This document shows positions 8,591-20,038 of a DNA stretch of 32,000 nucleotides, piece by piece. The translations under genes were made by a program, and so were the position numbers. The DNA is from Horticoccus luteus (GTDB lineage: Bacteria; Verrucomicrobiota; Verrucomicrobiia; Opitutales; Opitutaceae). The stretch spans positions 4,230,001 through 4,262,000 of the forward strand of contig NZ_CP080507.1 in the NCBI RefSeq assembly GCF_019464535.1. The letters are read 5' to 3'. Positions within the stretch are counted from its first letter, which is position 1. The number at the start of each line of letters is the position of its first letter. The notes beneath the pieces are model-generated. The model worked only from the letters and a program-made list of their open reading frames with translations. It ran no database searches and was not told the origin of the DNA.

Positions 8591-9201
8591 ACCCGATCAA
8601 TACGGACGCGTCGGTGGGGGAGGCGTATCGGGCGTTGGTAGAAAAACGCCAAAATGTTATCAAAAAGGAACTTGAGTCGGCATTGCCGGATGGCGGCGAT
8701 TTTATTTGGGAGCTCGGTTGCGGCCACGGGCATTTCCTCACCGCCTATGCGCAGGCCCATCCGGACCGGGTCTGCATTGGCGTGGATATCGTGGGAGAGC
8801 GGGTGGATCGCGCACGCCGGAAGCGGGATCGGGCGAAGCTCGCCAACCTCCACTTTTTTCACGCCGAGGCGGCGCTGTTTCTGCAAACGCTGCCTCTGAG
8901 CGCGACGATCGCCGCGACTTTTATTCTCTTCCCTGATCCTTGGCCGAAGGTCCGGCACCACAAACACCGTATTATCCAGCCCGCTTTCCTTACCGCGGTC
9001 GCGAAACGCAGCCTCGCCACCGCCCGGTTGTATTTCCGCACGGACTTTGTTCCCTACTTTGAACAGGCTAAGGAAGCGATTTCAGCCCATCCGGCATGGA
9101 GCGAAGACGACGGCCCGTGGCCGTTCGAATTTGAAACCGTTTTCCAAAGCAGGGCAGAGAGTTATCGCTCACTGAGCGCACGTCGTGCGGTGGGCATATA
9201 A
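8587..9201 (+). CDS. trmB: tRNA (guanine46-N7)-methyltransferase TrmB
   Basis: SAM motif WELGCGHGHF and the TrmB signature FPDPWPKVRHHKHRIIQP. TTG start overlaps the mnmG TGA by 4 nt (cTTGA). GTG 8614 is an alternative start. Confidence 0.82.
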   Translation: MNPINTDASVGEAYRALVEKRQNVIKKELESALPDGGDFIWELGCGHGHFLTAYAQAHPDRVCIGVDIVGERVDRARRKRDRAKLANLHFFHAEAALFLQTLPLSATIAATFILFPDPWPKVRHHKHRIIQPAFLTAVAKRSLATARLYFRTDFVPYFEQAKEAISAHPAWSEDDGPWPFEFETVFQSRAESYRSLSARRAVGI

Positions 9202-9336
9202 GTTGGCGCCAGCCAAAAACCCCCGGTGCTAATTTGTGACGGGGCGCGAAATTCACCCCTATTTCGGGGGTTGACGGAGGGTGGGGCGCTGGCCTTCCTG
9301 TCTCCTTTCCCTCCGATCTATACGCCACATCGTTGC

Positions 9337-10200
9337 ATGTCACGTATCACTAAAACACTCCTTACACTCGGTTTTGCCTGCACGGCGTTGCCCGCTTTTG
9401 CCGCGGAGGGTCACGGCCTGTCATCGTCGGCGGACAAACTCTTCAGCGTGGGTCCCCTTCCTGTGACGAACAGTATGGTGACGAGCTGGGTGGTGGCGGC
9501 CGTATTGATCATCGTCATTCGCCTCGCGATTCGGAAACCGAAGTTGGTCCCGACTCATAGCCAGGCGATTGTGGAGAACCTCGTGCAAGGCATCTTCGAC
9601 CTGACAGCGCCGATCGTGGGCAGCAAAGTCGCCAAGCAAACCTTTCCGCTGCTCATCGCCCTCTTCACATTTATTCTGATCCAGAATTGGAGTGGATTGA
9701 TTCCTGGCGTCGGCACGATTTTTATGGCCGATCACGCGACCGGCGGCTGGCACGAGTTCGTGCGTCCCGCCAACGCTGACCTCAACGGCACCTTCGCCCT
9801 CGCGATCGTGGCGATGGCTTGCTGGTTCTATTTTATCCTGCGCTACGCCGGCGCCGCGTTTGTGTTGCGCGACATCTTTGGCAACAAAGCCGACAAGCAT
9901 GAGACGCCCGGTTTCATCTATTATCCGCTGTTTCTGATTTTCTTTGGCGTCGGATTGATTGAAGTCGTCTCGATCATCTTCCGGCCGATTTCTCTTTCGT
10001 TTCGTCTTTTCGGCAACGTGTTCGGCGGCGAGAACCTTTTGCACTCGATGTCCGCCATCACCCCGTGGGTTTTGCCGGTGCCGTTTTACTTTCTCGAACT
10101 GCTGATTGGTCTCGTGCAGGCGCTCGTGTTCACCCTGTTGGTCAGTGTCTATATCGGCCTGATCTGCAACCACAGCGACGGGCACGAAGAGGCGCACTGA
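9337..10200 (+). CDS. atpB: F0F1 ATP synthase subunit a
   Basis: Conserved essential-Arg helix region ISLSFRLFGNVFGGENLL. Multi-pass membrane protein in first position of the atp operon. Start trimmed to ATG 9337 (MSRITKTLLTLGFACTALPAFA, signal-like N-terminus). Confidence 0.92.
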   Translation: MSRITKTLLTLGFACTALPAFAAEGHGLSSSADKLFSVGPLPVTNSMVTSWVVAAVLIIVIRLAIRKPKLVPTHSQAIVENLVQGIFDLTAPIVGSKVAKQTFPLLIALFTFILIQNWSGLIPGVGTIFMADHATGGWHEFVRPANADLNGTFALAIVAMACWFYFILRYAGAAFVLRDIFGNKADKHETPGFIYYPLFLIFFGVGLIEVVSIIFRPISLSFRLFGNVFGGENLLHSMSAITPWVLPVPFYFLELLIGLVQALVFTLLVSVYIGLICNHSDGHEEAH

Positions 10201-10275
10201 TCGGCTTATCGCTTTCCCGCCGGGACCGTGCCACATGCGCGGGCGGCGGAATTCCAACCAACAACCACATATACA

Positions 10276-10485
10276 ATGCACACAGTTATCGCTGAAATCA
10301 CCGGCAACATCCAAGGCGCGTTCGGCTGTCTCGCGGCCGCCATCGGCGTGGGTCTCGTCGGCGCCAAGGCCGTCGAAGGCGTCGCCCGCAATCCGGGTGC
10401 CTCTGTCAAGATCCTCGTCCAATCCATTCTCGGTATGGCGCTCGCCGAAGCAGTCGCGTTCTACGCGCTGTTCATGGGCAAGTAA
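10276..10485 (+). CDS. atpE: F0F1 ATP synthase subunit c
   Basis: 69-aa hairpin proteolipid with loop ARNPG and ion-binding carboxylate in LGMALAEAVAFYAL. Start trimmed to ATG 10276. Confidence 0.92.
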   Translation: MHTVIAEITGNIQGAFGCLAAAIGVGLVGAKAVEGVARNPGASVKILVQSILGMALAEAVAFYALFMGK

Positions 10486-10497
10486 TGGTTCTCCCTT

Positions 10498-10534
10498 CCG
10501 CGCCGGTCATCGCTGACCGGCGCGGCAATTTTTT
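10498..10534 (+). terminator. Strong GC hairpin plus T6 immediately after atpE (intra-operon attenuator or mRNA stabiliser)
   Basis: Perfect 12-bp stem CCGCGCCGGTCA (10498-10509) / TGACCGGCGCGG (10514-10525), loop TCGC, then CAA and TTTTTT (10529-10534). It lies 9 nt upstream of the atpF ATG. Confidence 0.6.
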
Positions 10535-10543
10535 CGTCCCGTC

Positions 10544-11131
10544 ATGATTTCCCCCCTGCTCATCCTTGCCCAAGCCGCCGGTCACGCGACTGAAGCGGTC
10601 GCGGCGCATGGTGAGGCCACCAACGGCATCACCAAAATCACCCAGGAATTCGGCATCAGCTGGCCGTTCCTCCTCGCGCAGGTTCTGAGCTTCTCGATCG
10701 TCGCCATCGTTCTGTGGCGCTTCGCGTTCAAGCCCGTGCTCGCGACGCTCGATGAGCGCCAGCAGAAGATCGCCTCGGGCCTGCGTTACGCCGACGAGAT
10801 GAAGGCCAAGCTCGACGCGGCCCAGACTGAAAGTGCGGCGCTGATCAAGACCGCCCAACTCGAGGCCACGCGTGTCATTGATGAGGCACGCAAGACCGCG
10901 AAGGAATTTTTGGACAAGCAGACGCAGGAAACCAGCGTCCGCGCCAACGAGATGCTCGTGAAGGCGCAACAAGCGATCGAGCTGGAGCACAAGAAAATGC
11001 TCGCCGACGCCCGCTTGGAGATCGCCCGCCTCGTGGTCTCGACCACGCAGCGTGTTCTCGCGAAAGAACTCACCGACTCCGAACGCAGCCGCTACAACGA
11101 CGCCGCGGCACGCGAACTCGCCAGCGTCTAA
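10544..11131 (+). CDS. atpF: F0F1 ATP synthase subunit b (long form, 195 aa)
   Basis: Single TM (WPFLLAQVLSFSIVAIVLW) followed by a long charged Ala/Glu/Lys/Gln-rich helix. Position between atpE and atpH. It has a ~35-40-aa N-terminal extension relative to E. coli b. Confidence 0.85.
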   Translation: MISPLLILAQAAGHATEAVAAHGEATNGITKITQEFGISWPFLLAQVLSFSIVAIVLWRFAFKPVLATLDERQQKIASGLRYADEMKAKLDAAQTESAALIKTAQLEATRVIDEARKTAKEFLDKQTQETSVRANEMLVKAQQAIELEHKKMLADARLEIARLVVSTTQRVLAKELTDSERSRYNDAAARELASV

Positions 11132-11155
11132 TCCTTTCGTCCCGTCCGACCTTCC

Positions 11156-11551
11156 ATGGCAGCCCGCGGCAAACACGATCAGCACCTCGTCCGTCAGCTC
11201 TTTCGCCTGAGCTTCGCGCACGGGGAACTCTCCGCCGAGCGCGTCAGTGGGGTGCTCGCCTATATTGAGAAGCACCCGCCCACGCATCCATTGGCGCTTT
11301 TGAAGGCGTATCATCGCCTGATCGCAGCCGAACTCGCGAAACAACACGCGGTGATCGAACACGCCGGCCCGATCAGCGCCGCCACGACTGCGGCGATCGC
11401 CGCCGCCATGAGCAAGCGTTATGGCCGCACCATCACCGCCACGCCGAAACCGCAGAGCAATCTGCTTGCCGGCTTGCGCGTGCAGGTGGGGGACGACGTT
11501 TACGAAGCTTCCATCTCAAACCAACTCGCCGGCCTCGCATCGGCCGTTTGA
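11156..11551 (+). CDS. atpH: F0F1 ATP synthase subunit delta (OSCP), unusually short at 131 aa
   Basis: The C-terminal domain aligns to delta/OSCP (AIAAAMSKRYGRTITATPKPQSNLLAGLRVQVGDDVYEASISNQLAGL versus E. coli [47 protein letters not shown]). Operon position supports the call. It cannot be extended upstream because the in-frame atpF TAA lies 8 codons before. Confidence 0.75.
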   Translation: MAARGKHDQHLVRQLFRLSFAHGELSAERVSGVLAYIEKHPPTHPLALLKAYHRLIAAELAKQHAVIEHAGPISAATTAAIAAAMSKRYGRTITATPKPQSNLLAGLRVQVGDDVYEASISNQLAGLASAV

Positions 11552-11591
11552 TTTTCTCTCCTCTTAAATATCCCTCCGCGTCTCGTCGCTT

Positions 11592-13118
<1,527 letters not shown>

Positions 13119-13180
13119 GCCCGCCTCACTCGCGCTCGTCTTCACTGTCCGCCGTATAACGTAACGCTTACTTCGACATC

Positions 13181-15506
<2,326 letters not shown>

Positions 15507-15512
15507 TTCAAC

Positions 15513-15572
15513 GACCAGGGTCGGCGTTTCCTCCGTCAGGAATGATCGCCGACCCTCTCTCGCTCCCTGGTC
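15513..15572 (+). promoter_or_regulatory. Nested intercistronic stem-loop between atpD and atpC that abuts the atpC start codon
   Basis: Perfect 10-bp stem AGGGTCGGCG (15517-15526) / CGCCGACCCT (15547-15556), with an inner TTCCT/AGGAA helix in the 20-nt loop. An alternative outer pairing is GACCAGGG (15513-15520) / CCCTGGTC (15565-15572), the latter ending 1 nt before ATG 15573. Confidence 0.5.
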
Positions 15573-15980
15573 ATGCCTCTTACGCTCGACATCGTCACTC
15601 CTGAAGCCCGCGTCTATTCCGACACGATCGACACAGTGGTGCTGCCCACCGTGGCGGGTGAGGTCGGCATCCTGCCCGGCCACATCCCGTTGCTCACGCG
15701 GGTCGCCCACGGCGAACTGCGGGTGACGAAGAACGGTCACACCGCCTTGCTCGCCGTCGGAGATGGTTTCGCTCAAATCGACGGTGACCGCGTGCAAGTG
15801 TTGGCCGAGTCAGCGATCGCGGAAGACAAGATCGACGCCAATGCGGTGGAGCAGGCGATGCGCCGCGCCGAGGAAGCGCTCGCCGCGGCCCAACACCTTG
15901 ATCCGGCCGAAGTGGAGCGCCTCGAAGGCGTGGTCCGCTTCGCCGTGGTCCAGCTCGGCCTCAAGCGCCGGCGCACGTAA
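15573..15980 (+). CDS. atpC: F0F1 ATP synthase subunit epsilon
   Basis: 135 aa. LDIVTPE...V.LP...GE.GILPGH.PL pattern, followed by a C-terminal helical hairpin. Confidence 0.92.
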   Translation: MPLTLDIVTPEARVYSDTIDTVVLPTVAGEVGILPGHIPLLTRVAHGELRVTKNGHTALLAVGDGFAQIDGDRVQVLAESAIAEDKIDANAVEQAMRRAEEALAAAQHLDPAEVERLEGVVRFAVVQLGLKRRRT

Positions 15981-16091
15981 CGGCTGCTGCCAATCCGCCG
16001 GCGATGTGGCGGGACCGGCGGCGTGTCGCCCGTACTGTGGCAGACGATCGGAGTTGCCTTGCGCCCCGTTTCGGTGGAAGCGTCGCGAACC

Positions 16092-19000
16092 ATGCGCCAG
16101 CTCGCTGCCTGCATAGCGGTTTTGGTCCTGCTACCCGTTGGGGCCGCGGGACAGATTCTGGACACAGGGACTGTCCTGAAATACGATGCTTATCGTCAGA
16201 CGAGCGGAGGCGCCCCGGTCTATGGAGGATCCAGTTATTTGGCCGGGTTCACCTTTGTGGCTCCGGTTTACGGGCTGGAGTCGACTTTGCTGATTACGGG
16301 GCCGCAGCTTCACGCCCAGTTGTCATCCGTCTCTTCGACGGGCCTGTCGTCAACGGCAAGCGGAATGCTTTACGACAGTCGATCGATGTTGGATGCGAGT
16401 TTCGCCAACGGCACGTTCCGTTTCCAAATCACATATCCCGCGAGCGCCCTGTTCGATGGCTCGATTTCCCTCACTGGAAACACGTACCCGCCGGTCGCGG
16501 AAATCACCAACTACAATAATCTACAGCAGGTTTCCGGTGGCCTGGCGGCGGTGCAGTGGAATCTCCCGGGCGGCCGCGCGAGCGATTTTGTCATCGCTTC
16601 GATCACGGACTTGGACGGCGAAGTATTGTCCAGCACAGACGACTTGGACGAAAGCCGGCCGTTGGACGGCACCTCGCGTTCCGCCTCGCTGCTCGTGCCC
16701 CCGGGGATGGATCTGATCGGCAACCTGATGGCGGTGCGACTGGCGGGGACCGCTCGCGTTGCGGACGTCGATCTCTTGGCTGGTTACGCGACGGTGACCG
16801 CGTTTCCCATAAAGACGTCTGGCACGCGCGACACCCTCGCGCCCCGAATCACGTCTGTCACGCCTGCGGCCGGTGCCTTTGGAGTCGATGAAAATGCCAC
16901 GGTGGAACTGACTTTCGACAAGCCGATGCGGCTGCGGGGTGACGTGAGCAGTGCCTCTTTGCCAAGTGGGTTTCCCCGTTCGATCAACTCGTGGACCGCC
17001 GACCAACGGACAGTCCATATTCATTGGCCAAGGGCGTTTCCTTCGGGACCGATCACGTTGCGCGCCAATGCGGAACAGGGACCGCTCGCGGCTGTGCCGT
17101 TTGCGGATTTGTCCGGCAATCAATTGGCGGCCACGGAGGCGGCTTCATTCTTTGTGGGCAATCTCCCGGCGTTTGTCTCGCAACCCGCCGATGCGACGCT
17201 GCGTCCCGGACAGGCGTTCAGCCTGGCGCCGGATGTGCAGTGGCCGGGGGCCTCGCTCACGCTCCAATGGTATCGCGACGGCGCGCCCATCCCTGGCGCC
17301 ACAACCGCGAATTTCATGGCGAACGCCTTCTCGGCCCAAGACGTCGGCGTCTATGAACTGCGCGCGACCAATGAATTTGGCGAGGCGCGAAGCCAGGCAG
17401 CGCTGGTGCTGCCCGACCTGACGTATGCGTTGAGGAATCTCGTCAGCATCGGCGTCGGGTCGATGACGAGGACGGAACGGGTGCTGGTTCCGCCTGGCGG
17501 TCAGATTGACGTTCGTTCCAGTTTTCTGCCTCCGTCGCCAGTGGCGTTGCAGTGGCGGCGTAATGGCCTCCCGCTCGCCGGCGCGACTGACGCCACGCTG
17601 CTGATCGCACCCGTCGCATGGGATGACGCCGGCGTTTACGATTTGCTGGTGACAAACGCGTACGGGTCGATCGCGAGCCAGGCGATGGAGCTCGTTGTGT
17701 CGACCGACATCGCGCTCCCTGACATCGCACCCGAGATGGACACCTTTGTGTTCGACGTCGGCGACAAGCGTGTGCTGAGCGGTGTCAACATGGACAACTC
17801 CACGTTGCTCCGCTTTTGGCGACTCAACGGCGTGCCGATCCCCAACGCGACCGCCTGGCTGTATGAAATTGCCTCATTCTCGCCTGCGAGCGCCGGGCTC
17901 TACGAATACGTCGTGTCCAACGGTGAAGAAGAGAAGGTGTTGACGCAGATTTCGGTGGCGCTTCGGACAGGCGCGCCGGTGGTTCAGAAGCCATTGCTCT
18001 CGGCCTCGGGGGCCGGTTTTTTTAGCGAGGATGCCGGCTTTATGTTCACGATATCCGCGGAGGGGGCGGCGCCCTTGCACTATCAATGGCAGCGCGATGG
18101 CGTCGATCTGCCAGGCGCCACCGGCAATTTATATAACCGTTGGCCCGCGGATCCGGCGGAGGCAGGCACGTATCGTTGCGTCGTGAGCAACTCGCTGGGC
18201 ACGGTCGTATCGACGGAAGTCGCGGTGCGTTTCTGGTCCAAACAGGTGCCGCCGTCCACCCCCGTCATCACCGGCAACAAGGCCGCGCTCGCCGGCTCGA
18301 CGCCGATGCTGTCGGTCTCAATCCCCCGTGGGCCGCAACCCGCCGGCACGATTCAATGGTATCGGGAGGGAGTGCCGATCGCCTACGCGACCATGTCCTA
18401 TCTGCAAATCATCGCAGCGAAAGTGGGCGACAGCGGGAATTATACGGTGGCGGCGACCAATGCATACGGCACTTCGTACAGTGACCCCTTCGCTCTTTCG
18501 GTGATCGACGATTCGATGGCGCCCGTCGTGGCGGGTGGCCCCGTGTCGCTTTCGCTGGCGGCGGGGGAGGCGCTCTCCCTGGCGGCGCCGGTGGTGGCCG
18601 GGCCTTCCGCCACCTATCAGTGGTTTTTGAATGACCGTCCGGTGACCAGTGCGATCAAGATGTTCAATCAGAGCCCGGCGATCTTCCTCGCTCCCAGCGC
18701 GCAAACCAGGGACGCCGGAGTGTATACGGTGCACGTGAGCAACTCGGCGGGATCGATCGATGCGCAGGTGGCGGCCGTGGCCGTCGCCGCCCCGCCGGCG
18801 CTTTCCAGCACGCATTTGACCAATCTTTCGACGCGCGGCATGGCGGGTGTTGGCAATCAGACGCTCATCGCCGGTTTTACCGTGGAAGGAGTGGGCAGGA
18901 AACGCGTTTTGATTCGTGGCGTGGGCAGCGGCTTGGCGTCGTGGGTGGAACACCCGGCGAGGGGCGCACGAATCACGCTGTTCCACGGCGACCGGCCGCT

Positions 19001-19646
19001 GCAAACCTCAGCGGATTGGTTCCGCCAGCCAGCCGCGGCGCAAACGGCGCTCGAGGCCCAACTGCTCGGAGCGTTTTCCCTGCTTCCGCGCGGAGATGAC
19101 GCCGCCACGATCGTCGAAGTCGACCCGGGTGCATACACCGTGCAATTGCAGGCGGATTCTGCGGCCAACGGCGCAACCGGTATTGCGCTGGTGGAAGTCT
19201 ACGATGCCGACGCGGGAATGGCGACCACACGCCTGACGAATCTTTCCACGCGGGCTTTCATTGGTCCGGATGAACGCGTGGCCATTCCGGGACTGGTGAT
19301 CACGGGTGCCTCCGCCAAAACGTATCTTATTCGCGCCGTCGGACCCACGCTCGCGACCTACGGAGTAGAGGAGTTGCTGGCCGATCCACAACTTACGTTG
19401 CAAGAGGCGAATTTGGGACGGTTCATGAGCAACGATGATTGGGGCGACAATCGCGATGCGACCGACGTGGCTGCGGTGGCGGAGCGCGTGGGGGCGTTTG
19501 CTCTGGACGCGGGCAGTAAGGATGCCGCGTTGCTCGCCACCTTGAAACCGGGGGCCTACACCATCCTAGCCAGCGGGGCGGGCGAGACTTCCGGCGTGGT
19601 ATTGCTCGAAATATACGAGGTGCCGCAAAATGCTCTCCCTCCGTAA
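16092..19646 (+). CDS. Large secreted repeat protein: signal peptide, ~250-aa unknown N-domain, SbsA/Big_5-like Ig domain, six Ig (I-set-like) modules, and two copies of a 139-aa C-terminal module
   Basis: Start trimmed to ATG 16092 (MRQLAACIAVLVLLPVGAAGQ, a signal peptide). LAPRITSVTPAAGAFGVDENATVELTFDKPM resembles bacterial Ig-like (SbsA_Ig-type) domains. There are repeated W-x-[RK]-[DN]-G-x-P-[IL]-x-G-A-T ... GxYxxxxxNxxG modules. Confidence 0.85.
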   Translation: MRQLAACIAVLVLLPVGAAGQILDTGTVLKYDAYRQTSGGAPVYGGSSYLAGFTFVAPVYGLESTLLITGPQLHAQLSSVSSTGLSSTASGMLYDSRSMLDASFANGTFRFQITYPASALFDGSISLTGNTYPPVAEITNYNNLQQVSGGLAAVQWNLPGGRASDFVIASITDLDGEVLSSTDDLDESRPLDGTSRSASLLVPPGMDLIGNLMAVRLAGTARVADVDLLAGYATVTAFPIKTSGTRDTLAPRITSVTPAAGAFGVDENATVELTFDKPMRLRGDVSSASLPSGFPRSINSWTADQRTVHIHWPRAFPSGPITLRANAEQGPLAAVPFADLSGNQLAATEAASFFVGNLPAFVSQPADATLRPGQAFSLAPDVQWPGASLTLQWYRDGAPIPGATTANFMANAFSAQDVGVYELRATNEFGEARSQAALVLPDLTYALRNLVSIGVGSMTRTERVLVPPGGQIDVRSSFLPPSPVALQWRRNGLPLAGATDATLLIAPVAWDDAGVYDLLVTNAYGSIASQAMELVVSTDIALPDIAPEMDTFVFDVGDKRVLSGVNMDNSTLLRFWRLNGVPIPNATAWLYEIASFSPASAGLYEYVVSNGEEEKVLTQISVALRTGAPVVQKPLLSASGAGFFSEDAGFMFTISAEGAAPLHYQWQRDGVDLPGATGNLYNRWPADPAEAGTYRCVVSNSLGTVVSTEVAVRFWSKQVPPSTPVITGNKAALAGSTPMLSVSIPRGPQPAGTIQWYREGVPIAYATMSYLQIIAAKVGDSGNYTVAATNAYGTSYSDPFALSVIDDSMAPVVAGGPVSLSLAAGEALSLAAPVVAGPSATYQWFLNDRPVTSAIKMFNQSPAIFLAPSAQTRDAGVYTVHVSNSAGSIDAQVAAVAVAAPPALSSTHLTNLSTRGMAGVGNQTLIAGFTVEGVGRKRVLIRGVGSGLASWVEHPARGARITLFHGDRPLQTSADWFRQPAAAQTALEAQLLGAFSLLPRGDDAATIVEVDPGAYTVQLQADSAANGATGIALVEVYDADAGMATTRLTNLSTRAFIGPDERVAIPGLVITGASAKTYLIRAVGPTLATYGVEELLADPQLTLQEANLGRFMSNDDWGDNRDATDVAAVAERVGAFALDAGSKDAALLATLKPGAYTILASGAGETSGVVLLEIYEVPQNALPP
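17166..18809 (+). repeat. Six tandem ~90-aa Ig-like (I-set-type) modules (protein-level repeats)
   Basis: Anchors by module: (1) LQWYRDGAPIPGAT/GVYELRATNEFGEA. (2) LQWRRNGLPLAGAT/GVYDLLVTNAYGSI. (3) RFWRLNGVPIPNAT/GLYEYVVSNGEEE. (4) YQWQRDGVDLPGAT/GTYRCVVSNSLGTV. (5) IQWYREGVPIAYAT/GNYTVAATNAYGTS. (6) YQWFLNDRPVTSAI/GVYTVHVSNSAGSI. Confidence 0.65.
18810..19643 (+). repeat. Tandem duplication of a 139-aa C-terminal module of unknown function (18810-19226 and 19227-19643)
   Basis: THLTNLSTRGMAGVGNQTLIAGFTVEG..RVLIRGVGSGLA...GAFSL...DAATIVEVDPGAYTVQL...GIALVEVYD aligns with TRLTNLSTRAFIGPDERVAIPGLVITG..TYLIRAVGPTLA...GAFAL...DAALLATLKPGAYTILA...GVVLLEIYE. The two copies are of equal length. 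Confidence 0.7.
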
Positions 19647-19680
19647 GTCACTGTTGGACGCAAAAATTGCTGAACGTCCA

Positions 19681-19702
19681 CGCGGCGGAAACGCGTTTTT
19701 CT
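19681..19702 (+). terminator. Putative intrinsic terminator after the Ig-repeat protein gene
   Basis: Stem ACGCG (19681-19685) / CGCGT (19693-19697), 7-nt loop, followed by a T-run (TTTTTCTT). It starts 35 nt after the stop codon. The stem is short, so confidence is moderate. Confidence 0.45.
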
Positions 19703-19752
19703 TGCCTATCGTTGCAACCGAGTCTCAATTCTGTGTCATTAATTCCTCCGCC

Positions 19753-20007
19753 ATGAGCCATCCTGTTCGCGATGCCCTCCTGCCGCTCTGCCAGCTCCCG
19801 GCTGGCAAGGCCGGGCGCGTCCGCGCGCTGGCGGGTGATGTGCATTTTTGCCAGCGGGTCCGGGAAATGGGAGTCGGTGAATCCGTGCTCGTGACGAAGA
19901 TCGGCGGCTCCGGGCCGTTTGTCTGCGGCGTCAATGGCACTCGCATCGCGTTGAGCCACGACGCGGCGAAAAACATCTTGGTTGAGCAATTCGGCCGCCG
20001 CGGGTGA
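19753..20007 (+). CDS. feoA: FeoA family ferrous iron transport protein (copy 1)
   Basis: 84 aa. LCQLPAGKAGRVRAL.GD....QRVREMGVGESVLVTKIGGSGPFVCGVNGTRIALSHDAAKNILV is the FeoA SH3-like pattern. Start trimmed to ATG 19753. Confidence 0.8.
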   Translation: MSHPVRDALLPLCQLPAGKAGRVRALAGDVHFCQRVREMGVGESVLVTKIGGSGPFVCGVNGTRIALSHDAAKNILVEQFGRRG

Positions 20008-20038
20008 CCTCGTCGGTCGCCGGTGTGTCGCTGTGAGC

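Noticed and set aside
11129-11158. Programmed read-through fusing atpF and atpH
   Set aside because: The frames coincide, but that has a 1-in-3 chance, the stop is a strong TAA, and atpH has its own ATG. I keep it only as a speculative note in a finding.
19703-19752. Fur box upstream of feoA
   Set aside because: There is only a partial resemblance (TCATTAAT within an AT-rich patch) to the 19-bp GATAATGATAATCATTATC consensus, which is not enough to call a site.
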